Assembly (NCBI GenBank): GCA_002633005.1
Contig: NMRA01000452.1
Coordinates: 1-64,000 of the forward strand
Direction of reading: 5' to 3'
Source: Phoronis australis
Lineage: Eukaryota > Animalia > Phoronida
DNA length: 64,000 nt
Shown in pieces: positions 38,401-53,400 of this stretch. The notes beneath the pieces are model-generated. The model saw only the letters and a program-made list of their open reading frames with translations. It did not search any database and had not been told where the DNA came from. Numbering within the stretch: the stretch's first letter is position 1; each line of letters begins with the position of its first letter. Made by a program: the position numbers and the translations under genes.

Positions 38401-41400
38401 ATATTGATTCTCTTTAGATGAGATTTCAAAAACACTTATACTACACAGCTCATCATTTAAAAAAAGTGCGCATCAGTGAACAATTTTCGACCAAGACAAA
38501 AGTGGCCAAGTGATAAATAATTCGTAATTCCTTAAATTTCAGTATGATATTTTCCTTCACTTGTTTGAAAATCATTCAAACGTCTATAAATCTGTCTTCC
38601 AACATGAAAACCATATTTTTGATTTAGACCATTTCCGGTTATGAAATTGGTTCAAAATGTTTCCTTTGATATTCAAATTAGAAGTGATTGCTAGAACTGA
38701 CAGTTTGTTGCTGTTTGAGGGAAGCGCACGGTGTTATTTTAGGCACCAAGCATCAGGTGTCAACCGAATGTTGGATTGTCAGTTTTTCTCTGCCCGCAAG
38801 TATTTGTCTTCATTAAAAACAAAGTGAGACCAATGATATAGTGGTAATTGTTTAAATTGAATGATTGCTTCTTTAATGGAAAAAATATTCTGCAATTCGC
38901 TTTAAAATTATTCAAATCACCAATTTCATGTCAAAAACACCAAAAAAAACAATCACCCCACTAGAGAATCGGGTGTCAAATTAAGACTACCTGCAAGTAT
39001 TATATTATGATGATACACTAATTATCTTGTTATGACCATTTATTGGTCGATACATACTACACACAATCAGCACCAGCCATTGCAGCACTAGTCATCCTGG
39101 ACTGTGTTTAGTAACAAAAGTCGCCAGATATTGCTGCTTGTTTTCCTGTGGTTTATGGTGTAGTAAGGAATGGTGAGACGTTGCGTTATGACCAATATGT
39201 GGCTCTTTTCACTTCTCCGCGGGACATATTGGAGAAGCAATGATTTGATGATTTTGTACCAGAAACTTGGGTGTTGGTTGACATGACATACTGGCGCTTG
39301 GTACGTTCATACATCACACTCATCTCCATAGAGCTGAGAAACTTTCAATTGAATTCACTTAGCATTTCTTCTTTCTTCTCATATATTGAATTCGTGATGG
39401 TGACACACAGTGCTATAAAGGTCTTAGACTTAGTGATGTTGACAATGTAGTTACTTAAAAACCTGAAGTAAATGTTGGTTTTTAGCTGCTTAATGGTTTG
39501 TCTTCATTTTCATTTTACACTAGATTTGACGCATGCGCCACCTGTTGAGCCTAACCCATGTCGCCCTGGTTACCAACCCTTTGGTGGTAGTTGTTACTTT
39601 CTGGACATTAACAAACATGATCGGTCTGTGGCACGACAGTTCTGCCGGGATCATGGTGGAGACCTTGTGTCCATAAACAATGGCTTTGAGCAGGCATTTG
39701 TCCAACAGATGGCTCTGGAGGCAGGCTCGCACATTTGGATTGGACTAACCAGCAAGGATGTATGTGGTTGAATAAAAATGAATGCTTTAAAGGCAGAGGA
39801 ACGAGGTTTGAAGTATACTCTCTGCTAAAATTCAAATGGTCTTATTTACTGAGCCTCATGGCAGGTTGTCATCAAAAGGCTCTCTGTTAAATAATACCCT
39901 TTAATTTTTAGCTAATTGTACAGTTTAAATGCCGTTCCTATGTCGTTACCACAGTAGCTATACTGTAAAGATTGGAACCATTTTAAAGCAGTCTCCTTGC
40001 TCCATCGTCCCTCTTTAATGCTGAATAGAGACAGTCAAGTATGGGCACTATGTCAACTTGTTTTTAAAGAAAGACGGTTTATGTTGAAGAGTGCAATTAG
40101 TTTTCATACAGATTTTGATGTCTGTTGGAGTTTCTATACTGTCTGGTGTTGTTAGCTCTTAGTACTAGCTACCTGTCGGAAATGTGACAAATTTATTTCA
40201 GTCCCTTAAGCATCACCAACTATCGCCGTTCTGTCACCTGACACTTTTATATCTTGAGAGATTTCTGTCATGGCGGGTCTAGCTGCGAGACGTTCTGCAA
40301 CCCTATCCACCGCCTTGACGAAACCCACATCACCCGGTTACTATAACCGACACCACTGGTCTGTTGGGCAACTGACAAACTCTGTTGCTTTTATTGTTTA
40401 GGATGGCTACACGTTCAGGTGGTCTGACAACTGGCCAGTCACATACACCATGTGGAAGAAGGGTGAGCCCATGCGTGATCCCAAGTCGACCTGTGTGATC
40501 ATGATGAACCCTGATGGCCTGTGGAATGATACAGTTTGTGACCTCAGCCTGCCTTCTGTTTGTGAGATTAACCCAAGTAAGATAGGGCTGTGAATTGTGC
40601 AGCAAAATTGTTGGATATTAAGGCTTAACGCACAGACAACCAGTTGTGTCAGCAATCAGATTAATATTTTTTTATGACTAAAAGGAATAGGGCAAGCAAC
40701 ATAATGCACTTCATGCAGTGTGACTTGCTTCTATCCATCTTTACAATATGATGTTAGTTTGGTGAAAAACGTTTCATCACATATTCGGAAATAGAACACA
40801 GGACTTCAAACCGATTTTTTGTTCACTAGTAACTCGATTTTCTTAGAGTTGCCTCAAAGCCATTGTGTTTCCCAAATGATTTTGGCCACTTATCATTGTC
40901 AATCTTATTTTGAGCTTGGCACTGATAGGCTCACTTATAACTTGAAAGCCATGTTTAATCATCAACTGTCGACTTGTCAATCATCTGTGACACGTGTTGG
41001 CAGATATTGATCTGGAGGTAATTGACGGGAAACTTTGTACAAATCACGGTGCCAAGTATATGATAGGATGAATCTCAGCTTTGTGTAAGATTGGATTAAT
41101 GATTTTTTTTCAAAAATATTCCTTTATTTATTGATTTTTATTTATTATTGTGATATTTAAAATGAGGGTGGCCTATTCAGTGATAGCACTGCTTTCCAAG
41201 AGGGCCCTTAATTTTACACTTCGTTCAAATCACCATTGACTTATCTCAACTTGGTCTTTGCTCATATTATAGACGATTCTAGACTTGTAAAGATCTCTAC
41301 AATGCATCATTTCTTGAGCCCACAGGTGCAATAGCATGATCTCAGGCAGCTATAAACTATCTGATCTTTTCAAACTTAGTGATGTAGTTTTGTCATTCTA

Positions 41401-44400
41401 GCCTCTAATCTAACTAAGAAACAAGTTGACTACTTTTGTCATGTTAGTCTAAAGTTTGTGCATTTGCCACAAGGCGAGATTATCCCAGCTTTAAACAAAA
41501 CTTAAGTGTAGATATTCACAGTGTTTTATTGACGTCCCCTCTCCTTACAGCCACGCCTCCCCCTTTCACAACACCCCCACCTGGTCTCTGCCCCCGCGAC
41601 TGGCAACCGTTTGGAGCCAACTGCTACTGGTTCCAGGATCGCTACCGCACCTGGGCAGATGCAGAGCGCGTCTGTCGTTATTTCACCAATCAGACGGGCT
41701 CCCTTGTCAGCGTGCATAGCCAGGCAGATGAAGAGTTTGTCATAAGTATGGTGAACAGCCAGCGTTATCCCGCCGCTGTCTGGGTCGGTCTCAGTCGCCA
41801 GCCTGGGGCAGGTGGGTCAGCATTATATGTACATGTATCTTGTGTTCTGTAGGGTGTTTGTGCTCGTTAGGCTGCTTGTGAAAGTTTTAATAATTAATCC
41901 TGTTGTCGCATTGCTGCAAAGATTTTCAGCATAGTACATTCTTTCCATTTCATACATTCGTGACATGCGTAATTAATACATTTCGACTCAGACTTTATAC
42001 TGGTTGAGATACATCGATGCTAGAAGTCTCAGCCTTGACAATTTTAGTGCTGAAAAGCTAGCCTATGTATGCAATCAGTTTTTAGGAATATGAACAGGAC
42101 CTGTTTTATTAGAAAATTATCAAAATTTTAGTGTAAAAAATTTTTCGCTAGTTTTCAAATGATTTTATTTTTTATGTGTCTGCAAATGAGTATTCTTCTT
42201 CCGGGTTTTAGTTATTTGATGTGATCAAAATTTAAACAAAATGTGCGTTTTGAAAACTGCCTGGATAGCAGCTTGTCAGACTTTGTCTTCCATAGCTTGA
42301 CTAATTACTTTGCCTTCCCTAACTTGACTAACTGTGTCTTCCATAGCTGGTTCTGGTTTCGCATGGACAGACGGGTCTCCGGTCGACTTCATAAGAGACT
42401 TCACAGAGAAAGCGAAGACAGCAAAAATGGAAGACAAGAACTGCTTCCGTTTCCAGCCGGATGGCTCATGGTCTCATGAACGGTGTGACAGTACTGGGCG
42501 ATCTGTGTGTAAAATGGCCAAGAGTGAGTTTCTGCTCGTTCCTGACACATTATTCATTGTTGATTGCAGTTCATTTCTATGTAATTTTCATTAACGTAAT
42601 GCTTAATTGGCTTGCCGAGTGCTAACAGTGTTAATTTGTTGTTTGCAGTTGTTCCCGTGACAACACCACCACCCCCTCCATGCCCCAGTGTCTGGTCCTA
42701 TGTAAATGGAAAGTGTTACAAGGTAAACTCACTTGACATTCATCAGAAACCAAGGCTAGTTTGCCCTTCATCAGTGCAAAATATCTTGTTACTTTTGGAA
42801 AGTCTACAAACAATGTCAACCTACTGGCAAGAGCACACAAAATGGCCGCCACTAGATAGAACTCGGCTTAATCGTCTGATTTTTATGCTCTCACATATTT
42901 ATATGTGAGAGCATATTACCGTCGATCTCTGCCTGGGTGTCCAGCGTCCGCAGCTGTATCTCCTAAACCACTCACAGGATCGTGATGAGATTTGGCAAAT
43001 GGGTTCCTATCAAGCTGACGACGAATGACGACAAATTTCGAAGCTCTCTGACTACAGGGGGCCCCCTAGTGGTAATCTTAGTTTTTTACACTCACCACTG
43101 TATCTTGGGAGGTACTCAACGTATTTTCACAAAATTTGGAATATATGCATCTATTAGTAAGATGACTCTATTCTCTCATTTGCAGATGGATTCGACGTAG
43201 TTTGGCCATTTTTTACTGTTTTCGAGTTTTTTTACGTCCACCCCTTCATTAACCAAACCGCTCTTAGGATGATTGTGAAAATTGGCATGTATGTTCTTGC
43301 TATGAAAAGTATGACTGATGATGATTTTCCAACGACTTCAACTACTGTGGCACCTCCTAGTGGCATTTTTGCACCCATGGCTGTATCTCCTAAACTGTAA
43401 GTGTATTTATATGATGTTGACAACAGACGACGACGACTTGGCAGGGATGGTACTACTGGTTCGCCCCCTAGTGGCAATGTTTCGTCCAAGGCAGGATTTG
43501 AACCCACGACTTCCAGCACCATAACCACTACACCACGGAGTCATCGGTTAGTGGTTAAGGTGCTGGACTAGAATAATCTGTACTTTCAGAAGTCGTGGGT
43601 TCAAGTCCTGCCTTGGACACAAAATCATACCATGATGAGTGTGCCACACATCCGTGCTCAATTTTCTAAGAATGCAGGAACACCTGACGATGGCTGGAGA
43701 ATAGACCGACTGAAATTTCGTGACAGTGTAAATTGACAAGGGGTCAGTGTAAATAGACAAAGAGATTTTAATAGTTGTTCGTGAAATTTGGCAAATAATT
43801 TTCTAATTGGGAGGTGATAACACCTTTCAGTTATTGGATGAGTTTGAAATATTCTTGGTCATGTAATGGGCATTTTTATTATACTAATAAACACCTCATT
43901 GAAGCATGCTGTTTGCAATGCAGTCGTGGGTGCATTTTCACGCTCTGCATTTCACTTGTTAGGTTGTTATGTGTTCTAGAAATTATAATTTTAATTTTGT
44001 GAAATATTCTGGAATATTTGGTCGGTTACGCAACACCTTGACGTCTAGAATGTGGCAAGGGGCAATTCTGGATGACTGACAAGACATCTGCTCTGCAGGA
44101 CATCTGGATGCACATCCTCCAGGTGCCCAAATGCCTACTTGTTGCCACCGGTTCAAGGAAACTTTTTTGCAGTTTTCACGCTTTTTGTTCCTCTGAAAGG
44201 GTTTCCTTGGTAATAGTGCTCGACTCATATGCAGCCATCTTTTCTCATATACTCATGGTAAATCTGCAGAGTTACAATACATACTACTCAGAGAAGAACT
44301 GGTTCAATGCACGAGACCATTGTGAATCTTTGGGCGCCCAACTGGCAAGTTTCCATGACAGCGAGACAGAGAGGCAAGTTATTGCCAAGGAAATGCGTTC

Positions 44401-47400
44401 CTCTTACCATGGTGTCCTTTGGGTAGGCTTGAGCTATCCTAATGCATCCACAGGTATGTATGACTCTGTGGTGCTCTGCTGCTCTCTTGTTGATTTAAAC
44501 TAACTCTCGGCCTCTCTTTTAAGTACAAGCTCTTGATTTCCACATTGATGCAGTTGGCTAGGAAGCCGTTTTTCTGAATTCATGGCGTCGAGAGGTAAAT
44601 TGTAAATGTTTAAAAAAAATCGGGACTGTTAAATGAACTTTGATCTCTGGGGTCACATCAACTTTCACCACACTAATCTGGTCGCAGAAGATTGCGTGGA
44701 ATTGTCTTAATACTCCATAGCGACTGGAAGTGTTAGTGTAAGCCTGCATGACCTTTGTTGTGTGTCAAGGTCTCTGTCAAAGGGAGTCAGTCTTGAACTA
44801 AGACCTGTTGGTGGAACATTTGTTGGCTTATCCAAATTGTCTCTTATGGAGTCCTGCATTTTGAGAATCAGTTTGATGCCTGTTATTCAGTTCTCATAAT
44901 GCGGGACGTCTGAGTGAATATTGCCGCTTTAACCACAAATAAGAGTTCTTCACGCTATAGTCATTCACCACTTGTACACTTTGATGGCATTGTAAGAAGT
45001 GATTGTTGTGTATTGTTTTTCGGGACCCAATGCCTTGTTTTAGCGTATCAGTTTTAACTACACAAAGGTGAAAGCGCACGTTCCAAACATGCAGAACTGT
45101 TGTAACTCTGACACTACGCTTTGTTTTCATACAGAATGGCAAATCCTTGTAGATGGTAAATACCTTGACTCACTCTATGCTTGTCGTGATATCAAGAGAT
45201 AACCATTAGATTACCTGGACAGGAAACTGTGCCATCTTTTGACAGTTGCACACTTTTCTTGCTGTTTTATGTTTTGAACAACTTTTGCACACTGTCTGCC
45301 ACTGCAGCGCCCGAATGGAGTGATGGAACACCATACGACTACACGAACTGGGAGACTGGCCAGCCAAATAACCATAATGGGGCAGAGCGCTGTGTTGAGT
45401 TCAATGTACGTTCTAAGCAGTGGCGAGACAAGAACTGCGCCGTCACCCAGGGATGGGTGTGTCAGATCGATGCCAACATCCCTCTATGGACGACCACAGC
45501 CACACCTCAGCCAGTGATAAGTATGTGCGCAGATTGTGGGAACATTTGCCCTAAAGGAATTTTGATACACCTCCACCACAAGTGACACACATTGCTATTG
45601 ATTCAGGGCTCTGCTTTTTTCCAATGCAGTTGACAAATTTATCGAAATTGTTTTGTCTGTTTTCTTGAATAATGTACAGTACACGCCAAAAGTATTCAGA
45701 CAACAATTATCCAGAATTCCCTGTCATGATGGCTGAACCAAAGTATTCAAACAAAAATTACCCAGAATTCCCTGTCATGATGGCTGAACCAAAGTATTCA
45801 GACAAAAATTACCCAGAATTCAATGTCATGATGGCTGAACCAAAGTATTCAGAAAAAATGACCCGGAATTCCCTGTTGGGACCCAGAATTTCTCATCATG
45901 ACCTAGAATGTTGTGTCGTGACAACTGGGCGGGAGCCAGCTTATCATCAGGTTAAGGATTGAGGAAAAATTGACAGAAAGGTTTGTAAGGTAGCTAAGCC
46001 AGTCTGTCATTATGTTTCTACCGTAATGGTCATTACCTTTCTTCGATTTAGGCGGTGTGATTGAGAAATGGTATCTTGTCCGATTGATTTGTCTTGTACG
46101 GTACAGAGCTTTTACTTTCACAAATTTCTCTGTTGAATTTTTGAAGATTCCGTTCAGACTATGTAGGAACTCATGCTTTGCACTTGTGTTACACATTATT
46201 CTTGTTTTTATTTGTAGCTGATAGTCCCTGTGGCGACCCCAAGTGGATTGCTTACAACAACCAATGTTATTATGTCGCCCCTGACTATGGGACTGAGGCG
46301 AAGCTCAGCTGGCAGGGGGCGCGTAATTGGTGCATGGTCAGAGGGGCACATCTCACTAGTATTCACAACATGGCTGAAAACAACTTCCTTGTTACCATGG
46401 TAATAATTAACTTTGGTGTCGTGTAGTATTAGGTGTGCATAGGCTCCATAACACTGGTCACTTGCAAGGCACAATATGATGAGAAAGTTTTGCTTGTGCA
46501 ACGGAAATAGTAAATTGTAACATTTTGGTGTTGCTGTTTAATTGTACTCAGCGACAGATATTTTGTTAATGTACGCTGGTGAGGTCCCGCAGAGGCGGAT
46601 CTACGGGGGGGGTTCAGGGGGTTTAAACCCCCCCCTCGGGCCAGGACCCAAAAATTAAAAAAACAAAAAACGAAACAAAAACGTCTCCAGCAAAACAAAA
46701 ACGCCGGCACCGCCAGCGTGTGTAAACCCCAAGTAAACCAACCTGGAAAAAATGAGGGGGGGGGGGNNNNNNNNNNNNNNNNNNNNNNNNNNNNNNNNNN
46801 NNNNNNNNNNNNNNNNNNNNNNNNNNNNNNNNNNNNNNNNNNNNNNNNNNNNNNNNNNNNNNNNNNNNNNNNNNNNNNNNNNNNNNNNNNNNNNNNNNNN
46901 NNNNNNNNNNNNNNNNNNNNNNNNNNNNNNNNNNNNNNNNNNNNNNNNNNNNNNNNNNNNNNNNNNNNNNNNNNNNNNNNNNNNNNNNNNNNNNNNNNNN
47001 NNNNNNNNNNNNNNNNNNNNNNNNNNNNNNNNNNNNNNNNNNNNNNNNNNNNNNNNNNNNNNNNNNNNNNNNNNNNNNNNNNNNNNNNNNNNNNNNNNNN
47101 NNNNNNNNNNNNNNNNNNNNNNNNNNNNNNNNNNNNNNNNNNNNNNNNNNNNNNNNNNNNNNNNNNNNNNNNNNNNNNNNNNNNNNNNNNNNNNNNNNNN
47201 NNNNNNNNNNNNNNNNNNNNNNNNNNNNNNNNNNNNNNNNNNNNNNNNNNNNNNNNNNNNNNNNNNNNNNNNNNNNNNNNNNNNNNNNNNNNNNNNNNNN
47301 NNNNNNNNNNNNNNNNNNNNNNNNNNNNNNNNNNNNNNNNNNNNNNNNNNNNNNNNNNNNNNNNNNNNNNNNNNNNNNNNNNNNNNNNNNNNNNNNNNNN

Positions 47401-50400
47401 NNNNNNNNNNNNNNNNNNNNNNNNNNNNNNNNNNNNNNNNNNNNNNNNNNNNNNNNNNNNNNNNNNNNNNNNNNNNNNNNNNNNNNNNNNNNNNNNNNNN
47501 NNNNNNNNNNNNNNNNNNNNNNNNNNNNNNNNNNNNNNNNNNNNNNNNNNNNNNNNNNNNNNNNNNNNNNNNNNNNNNNNNNNNNNNNNNNNNNNNNNNN
47601 NNNNNNNNNNNNNNNNNNNNNNNNNNNNNNNNNNNNNNNNNNNNNNNNNNNNNNNNNNNNNNNNNNNNNNNNNNNNNNNNNNNNNNNNNNNNNNNNNNNN
47701 NNNNNNNNNNNNNNNNNNNNNNNNNNNNNNNNNNNNNNNNNNNNNNNNNNNNCCATCGTTTGCCAGTTTTTCTCATAATTAGACAGAACACATGTTTATT
47801 TCCAGACTAACAGTACAGGTCTTCGTTCTTAAACAACTTGAGGCTGCTGTTACGCGATCATCTGTTATTCAATGTTTTACTCCCCGTCGGGTGCTCCTTA
47901 TGCTCTTGAATATTTGGTAGTTGTCTAACCCCCCACACACACCACACTTTTTCATATACGACTTTTCGTATGCTAAAAAGGTGTGTATAAGCAGATGTTC
48001 CAACAAAAATTTTTGCTGGTGGCGTAATTCATACCCAGATGTGCACAAATATGATTTCACGAAACTTGTGAGCCACGTTCATGCGACGAAATCGAGAAGG
48101 GTTTTAAATTATCTTAAGAAAAACTCAAGAGACATGTTATTAGTGCCAGAAACTTACCAGGATGCATGGAAATTTCACTATTTGGCTACAAAAACAAAAA
48201 AATGGTCTTACACGGAGGGGGGAAACCCCCCTCCCGACCTCCCCCCTCTCGGCGCCACGTGCCTCGGATTCGACCTTTGCGGGAATCCTAAACCCCCCCT
48301 TACTGAAAACGTAGATCCGCCCCTGTCCCGAGGTCTTGTCTCATGCTATCTGGTCACGATGGCCGCATTGCTAGCTGTAAGTCATCTGTATTGAAGACTG
48401 CACGTTCTAGGCAAAATATCAAAACTCAACATACGCGATCTTCTGAAAGGTTCCATAAAGTTGTTCTTAAGTAGTTCACCTCAGGCTGCCATATCAGTTA
48501 CACTAATAGAATGTTCATTTTACTGTTTGTGAGTCACACTGACAGTGTACTAAAGGACTCGCACCTGAAGGTAGCTCAATTATTAACTTTATTGTTAGTG
48601 TGTCAGGTTTGATGCTTCAAAATATATTGTTTACGGGAAAGACAATTTCACCTCCATTATAACACAGATAAGGCCGGCATAAACAATGTTTAAGTGAAGT
48701 CCTAGGGTGATTTTTAACCCAAGTCAACTCAATCCACAGAGTGAAGCTCATGCTCAGAATGATGTTGTCTCTACTTTCATAAAAGAAAATGGGCAAAAAT
48801 TAAAATGTGCATTAGATCAAAGTAACCAGGGCAGCTACGTCCATAGGGTGGATTTTCAAATCCGTCCTATTCGCCTAATGTTTTCTGGTTCATGCTTTTC
48901 AGCTGGGCAAGAAGAGTAGGCAGGAAAAGATGTGGATTGGATTGAATAAGCTGAACTACGCTGGATGGCAGTAAGACTAAATTTATTTACTTTCCATCGT
49001 AGAATGGGAACATCTGACATCATGGGGTTGTCTGGGAGATTCAGCCACATGCGATCTAAATGTGACACTTCTGTGTGGACAGTTACACTTAGGAGTGGAA
49101 AATCACTGACTAAACATTATTGAGGACCTTCTTAGACAGCTGTGTTCGACACTGATGAGCTTGCTCTAAGTCAGCTAGGTAGAATTTGAACTGACTTTTT
49201 TGTTTGAATTGATTTGTTGACAATCAATTCAAAGTCTGGCCTACGGAAGCCAACCGTTGTGAGTATATCCTGAAAGATTCCGTGTCAGACAAATCTGCAA
49301 TTATGTTGACTGGTAGCTTAAATTCATGAGCCCGTCTGATTTTAGAAGGGTTTGCAACCTGCTAAAATTATTAATCTGAATGATTTGCGCATGCGCAGAT
49401 AGCACCTATAAGTTATCAAGACACTGGCAGGTTTGGTAGTTGCTTGAAATATGACATTGTGATATTGTTTGAGTGTGTTGCTTTCACTGGCTATGTCGAC
49501 TGGCTCCTATAGTTATTTGATTGACTATTTCAGTGTCATTCAAAACTTCCAGCTCATGTCTGTCTAGTGATTCTCTGTGCAGAATATACTGTAATTGTCA
49601 TCAGTTTTGCATCCTTCAATGACTATGTCCTTGCCTTTTGTCTAGGCTGGTAAACAAAGTGATTAGGAACAATTTCCTACAATTTTGCCACATAGTTATC
49701 TAGTGGCAGTTTCCTCAATTTACATCAATTTGTTTTTGTCACATTTCACCCCGTCTAGCTCATTAAAAGAAACAAAATGGACTTAGGCCTTTTACTCTTA
49801 ATTAGTCTTGTAATATCTTGTAATATATCTTGGCTTTTGTGTTCCTACTGAAAAGAGCTTGGCTGACGGGATGATGAGTTTTGGATGGTTCACATTACTA
49901 TGGCGCCCCCTATTGCCAAGTTTATTGTACTGTGGCTCAATATCTACCAAGTTTCTTGATGTGTCAGGGAATGTGCTCGTATTGACGAGAGTACAGCTGA
50001 CGTGGATTTTGGGGTGAAGCATACTGGTGTGGAGTCATCCTGTGGTAACTTTGGTTGTCATGGCATTTGTCACGATATCTGTCAAGTTCCTTGACGAATG
50101 TTCAGAATTTTGCATTGAGTTACTAACATGGAGGCATCAGAACCCGTCCCCTAGTGGTAGTTTTTATTTTTACATTCTGTTCTTCTTTGTCCGCCTCCCT
50201 ATCTGTGAAACTGTTTGCAGGAAGATGATGTGTGTTCCTGTCAGGAAATCATTGTTTATATGCTTTGCACTTCGTAGAGGCAATTTGTCAATGCTCCATC
50301 TAGCACTTATGTTAATTATCTCGTGGGCAGTGTTGTCGCTGTTTCCTGTGAAATTAAAATAATTGTTTTGACGTCCTTGGGCAGGAAACTGTAATTTTCA

Positions 50401-53400
50401 CGGAACATACTTGTGTGCCGACCGAGCCAAAAGTATGCCATTAAATTGGTTGCTTTAATTCAAATAGTGAAAATGAAACAGTCTTTGTAGTGATGGTTTA
50501 ACCAAGTCAATGTGTTCACAATGTTTTGTTTGTTCATACCACACTGGCTATATACAGATTAGTGCTACCAGGCCGTTATTGTTCCAGAATTTCTAAGAAT
50601 AAATATCAAGTCATAAGACTTTTAGGATCAGTGTACAAAACTGACAATCCCAGAATGCAGTGTTTTGTGCTGGTCTTTTTGTAATTTGTTTTCTTTAGTT
50701 TGCCCATCAGTAAAGGCATTGAAGTTGCTATGTCTCATTAAAACCATAAATATTTAAATTTGTAGCAAGCGCCACCTAGTGACTTCCTGGAGCACTGTGT
50801 GAGCAGGTGTAATTTAGAAAAAAAAAAAAACAATTTTTAAATAATGCAATTTTGAAGAAAACTCCAAAACTGATACACTTAAAAACAGTGTGAACAAATA
50901 GAAGACCTTTAAGTTAGTAATTCCAAATATTATGTAATCGTTATTTGATAGGGAAATGAACAAATAGTAAAAACTGTACAATGTTTTTATTAAGGTAACG
51001 ATGTCATATTATCATACTCATTTACATAAAAATAGTCTCTCAATACGAGACTTTTGCAAGATTGTAATGATAACTGGATCTCTGATGGTTTCTGGCACAC
51101 CGGAAGACCTGGGGTTTGTACACTTGTACTTCATTTGCATTTTCACAATTTAATGAGACATAGCATCTTTAACTGTTTGTGTAGGTTGATATTTATTTAT
51201 TTCATCATCAGCCATTGGCTAGAACTGTACAGCGTAGTATCTGAAATTTGTTTGGAAGCATAGAGCTGAAATACTTTGTAAGTGAAGCAATGCTCATGGC
51301 AATATTTTGATCATCTATGAATGATTTTTTTTCTATTTGTTGTTGTAAGCTAGTCTTTTCCTGTCAATTTGCAATTCTAAATGTAGGTGGGCAGATGGTT
51401 CGCCTACGGACATGATCAACTGGTCGGAAAATGAACCTAATGATGTGATTGGTGGACAGAGTTGTGTGGATCTGTACATCTTCAATGGTAAGACAAGGCA
51501 ATGGAAGTTGCTTTTCAAACTTCTTATTAAGTTTTCACGAACTAGTGACGTGTTCACAGACTAGTGACGTGTTCACGGACTAGTGACGTGTTCACGGACT
51601 AGTGACGTGTTCACGGACTAGTGACGTGTTCACATCCGCTACTCTAGGTTGACTCACTCTTTTTTCAAATTCAGTACAAGAGTCACATAATGCTCTCTGT
51701 GTATCTGTTGTTCACTTACTCCCTCTATGGGCCACAAGTGAAGTTTGATGATGTTACATTATTGCATGAAAATAAAGCCAGAAAAGTTTAATGTTGTGCT
51801 GGTTTGGTGTATACTTGGCAGATATCACGTAAAATGAATTAATATTATTATCATTATTACTATTGTTGTTGTTTTTAGCGATGTAATCAGCCGTTGAAAA
51901 ATCAAAAAATTGTGCAAATTCTCAAAATTAAAGAAAAAATGATGTAATTAAGCTGATGAAAGTATCAGAAGTCCCGTATCATGTGCACTGGCTTCTGTCC
52001 GATGTCTCAGGTCATTGGAATGACGACAACTGTGGCGAGAAACTGGGTTATGTCTGCCAGCGCCCTCTAGGGGGGCATCCGACCAGAACCGTGCCAGCAA
52101 CGACCATCAGCCCTGGCTTCTGTCCGCTTGGCTACACTGCTGTTGGTGAGTTGTCTCCAGTAAATTTTCTGATCATCGTGAAAATGCCATAAACAGCCAC
52201 AAAACTGACTAAAACAGCTTCTTGATTCACCCTTGCCAGCCGCCATACTCTTTTGTGAATCAGCCACGAGTGTCCAATTAGAGGTGAAATGCGACTATTT
52301 CCAGTTGATTGCCTTGACGACTTCCAAGGTCATAAACCAATCTCAACTGGCAAACACTTGTTACTATTTTACTTTCTATACTAGGTTGAATTGAGTTCTT
52401 ATAACTTTCTGACTTTGTTTGCTACCTTTTCCTGTCATAGTCAGAAACTAGTCATGCTCAGGGCTGCCAACTGCTATGTTCTTTTTAGTAGCTAAAATCA
52501 CTATGTACAGCCTTCCATGGATTTTGAACATTTATTTATCTTCAAAAAATATAGCACTGAAAATAAAAATCCACTGAAAATAAAAGATGTCTTAAAAGTT
52601 TAAGAGTTTTGAAGCATCGCATCGGCAACAATCGAAACACCAGAAAATGACGGATTATCCGAGAGTGTAAGATCTGACCAATAAAATCCTGAGTAATGAA
52701 ATTTACATTGTACAAGATTTCTCTTTCATGATTGGCCAATTACAGTTCATTTGTGATAGATTGACCAATGGAAATTGTGCTTAATTGACTTTGCATTGTG
52801 GAATATTGTCTGCTTTGCATTGTGGGATATCATCTCCTTTTGAAGTCGCGCCAAAATATCAAAAGTGGAATTTCGAAGATGAACATTCTGAGGAATTGGA
52901 TTAAATTTAGAAAACAAGTAAAAGAATTCACACCATTTTATCACATTGACTCAGCAGTGAGAAACCCACCTCCCCCCGGGTTCCTGCAACATCAGCATGG
53001 ATCAATAAATTACAATGGGATATCGAGATTTCTTGGACTGTGGTCTGGTAGCGAGAAATCAACCTTACTGGCAGCAGGAGCCAGAAAACTATCAATGTGA
53101 TGAGCTGAGTTTTACGTAATGTTGCTTTTTAGTAAAACACAGTTTGAAATCGTTGTTTTGAGTGCATCACACCAATGTTTGATTGAAGTGCAACCTTTAT
53201 GTTGGATGTCGTACAAGTTTTCACATGCAACAAAGGGATTGTGGGTGTAATGGGTTGGAGTTCTGTGTGAACCCTTTCTTCATACAACTGTTCCAGTAGG
53301 TCTGTGTTGGTAAACACAGCTTAACAAAGGCTTTATGGTCCCAGCTAAGAAGATAAGTTTTATTACCCCCTATGGATAGCTGCTAAGAGAACTCGCATTC

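Noticed and set aside
42523-42649. Boundary between two tandem MRC genes
   Set aside because: No stop, TM or new signal peptide; a 125-bp phase-1 intron joins CTLD12 to the next linker in frame.
43549-43618. Functional tRNA-Ser gene (also 28357-28442 on the minus strand)
   Set aside because: Acceptor and anticodon stems do not pair properly, and both copies continue into a shared ~170-bp non-tRNA body; treated as SINE heads.
45672-45962. ORF with 17-aa repeats (MMAEPKYSDKNYPEFPV) at the position paralogous to the ShKT exon
   Set aside because: A 51-bp minisatellite with no convincing splice sites or cysteines; not ShKT-derived.
46623-47810. Four long ORFs (352-378 aa) in the track
   Set aside because: They consist almost entirely of X from the N gap.
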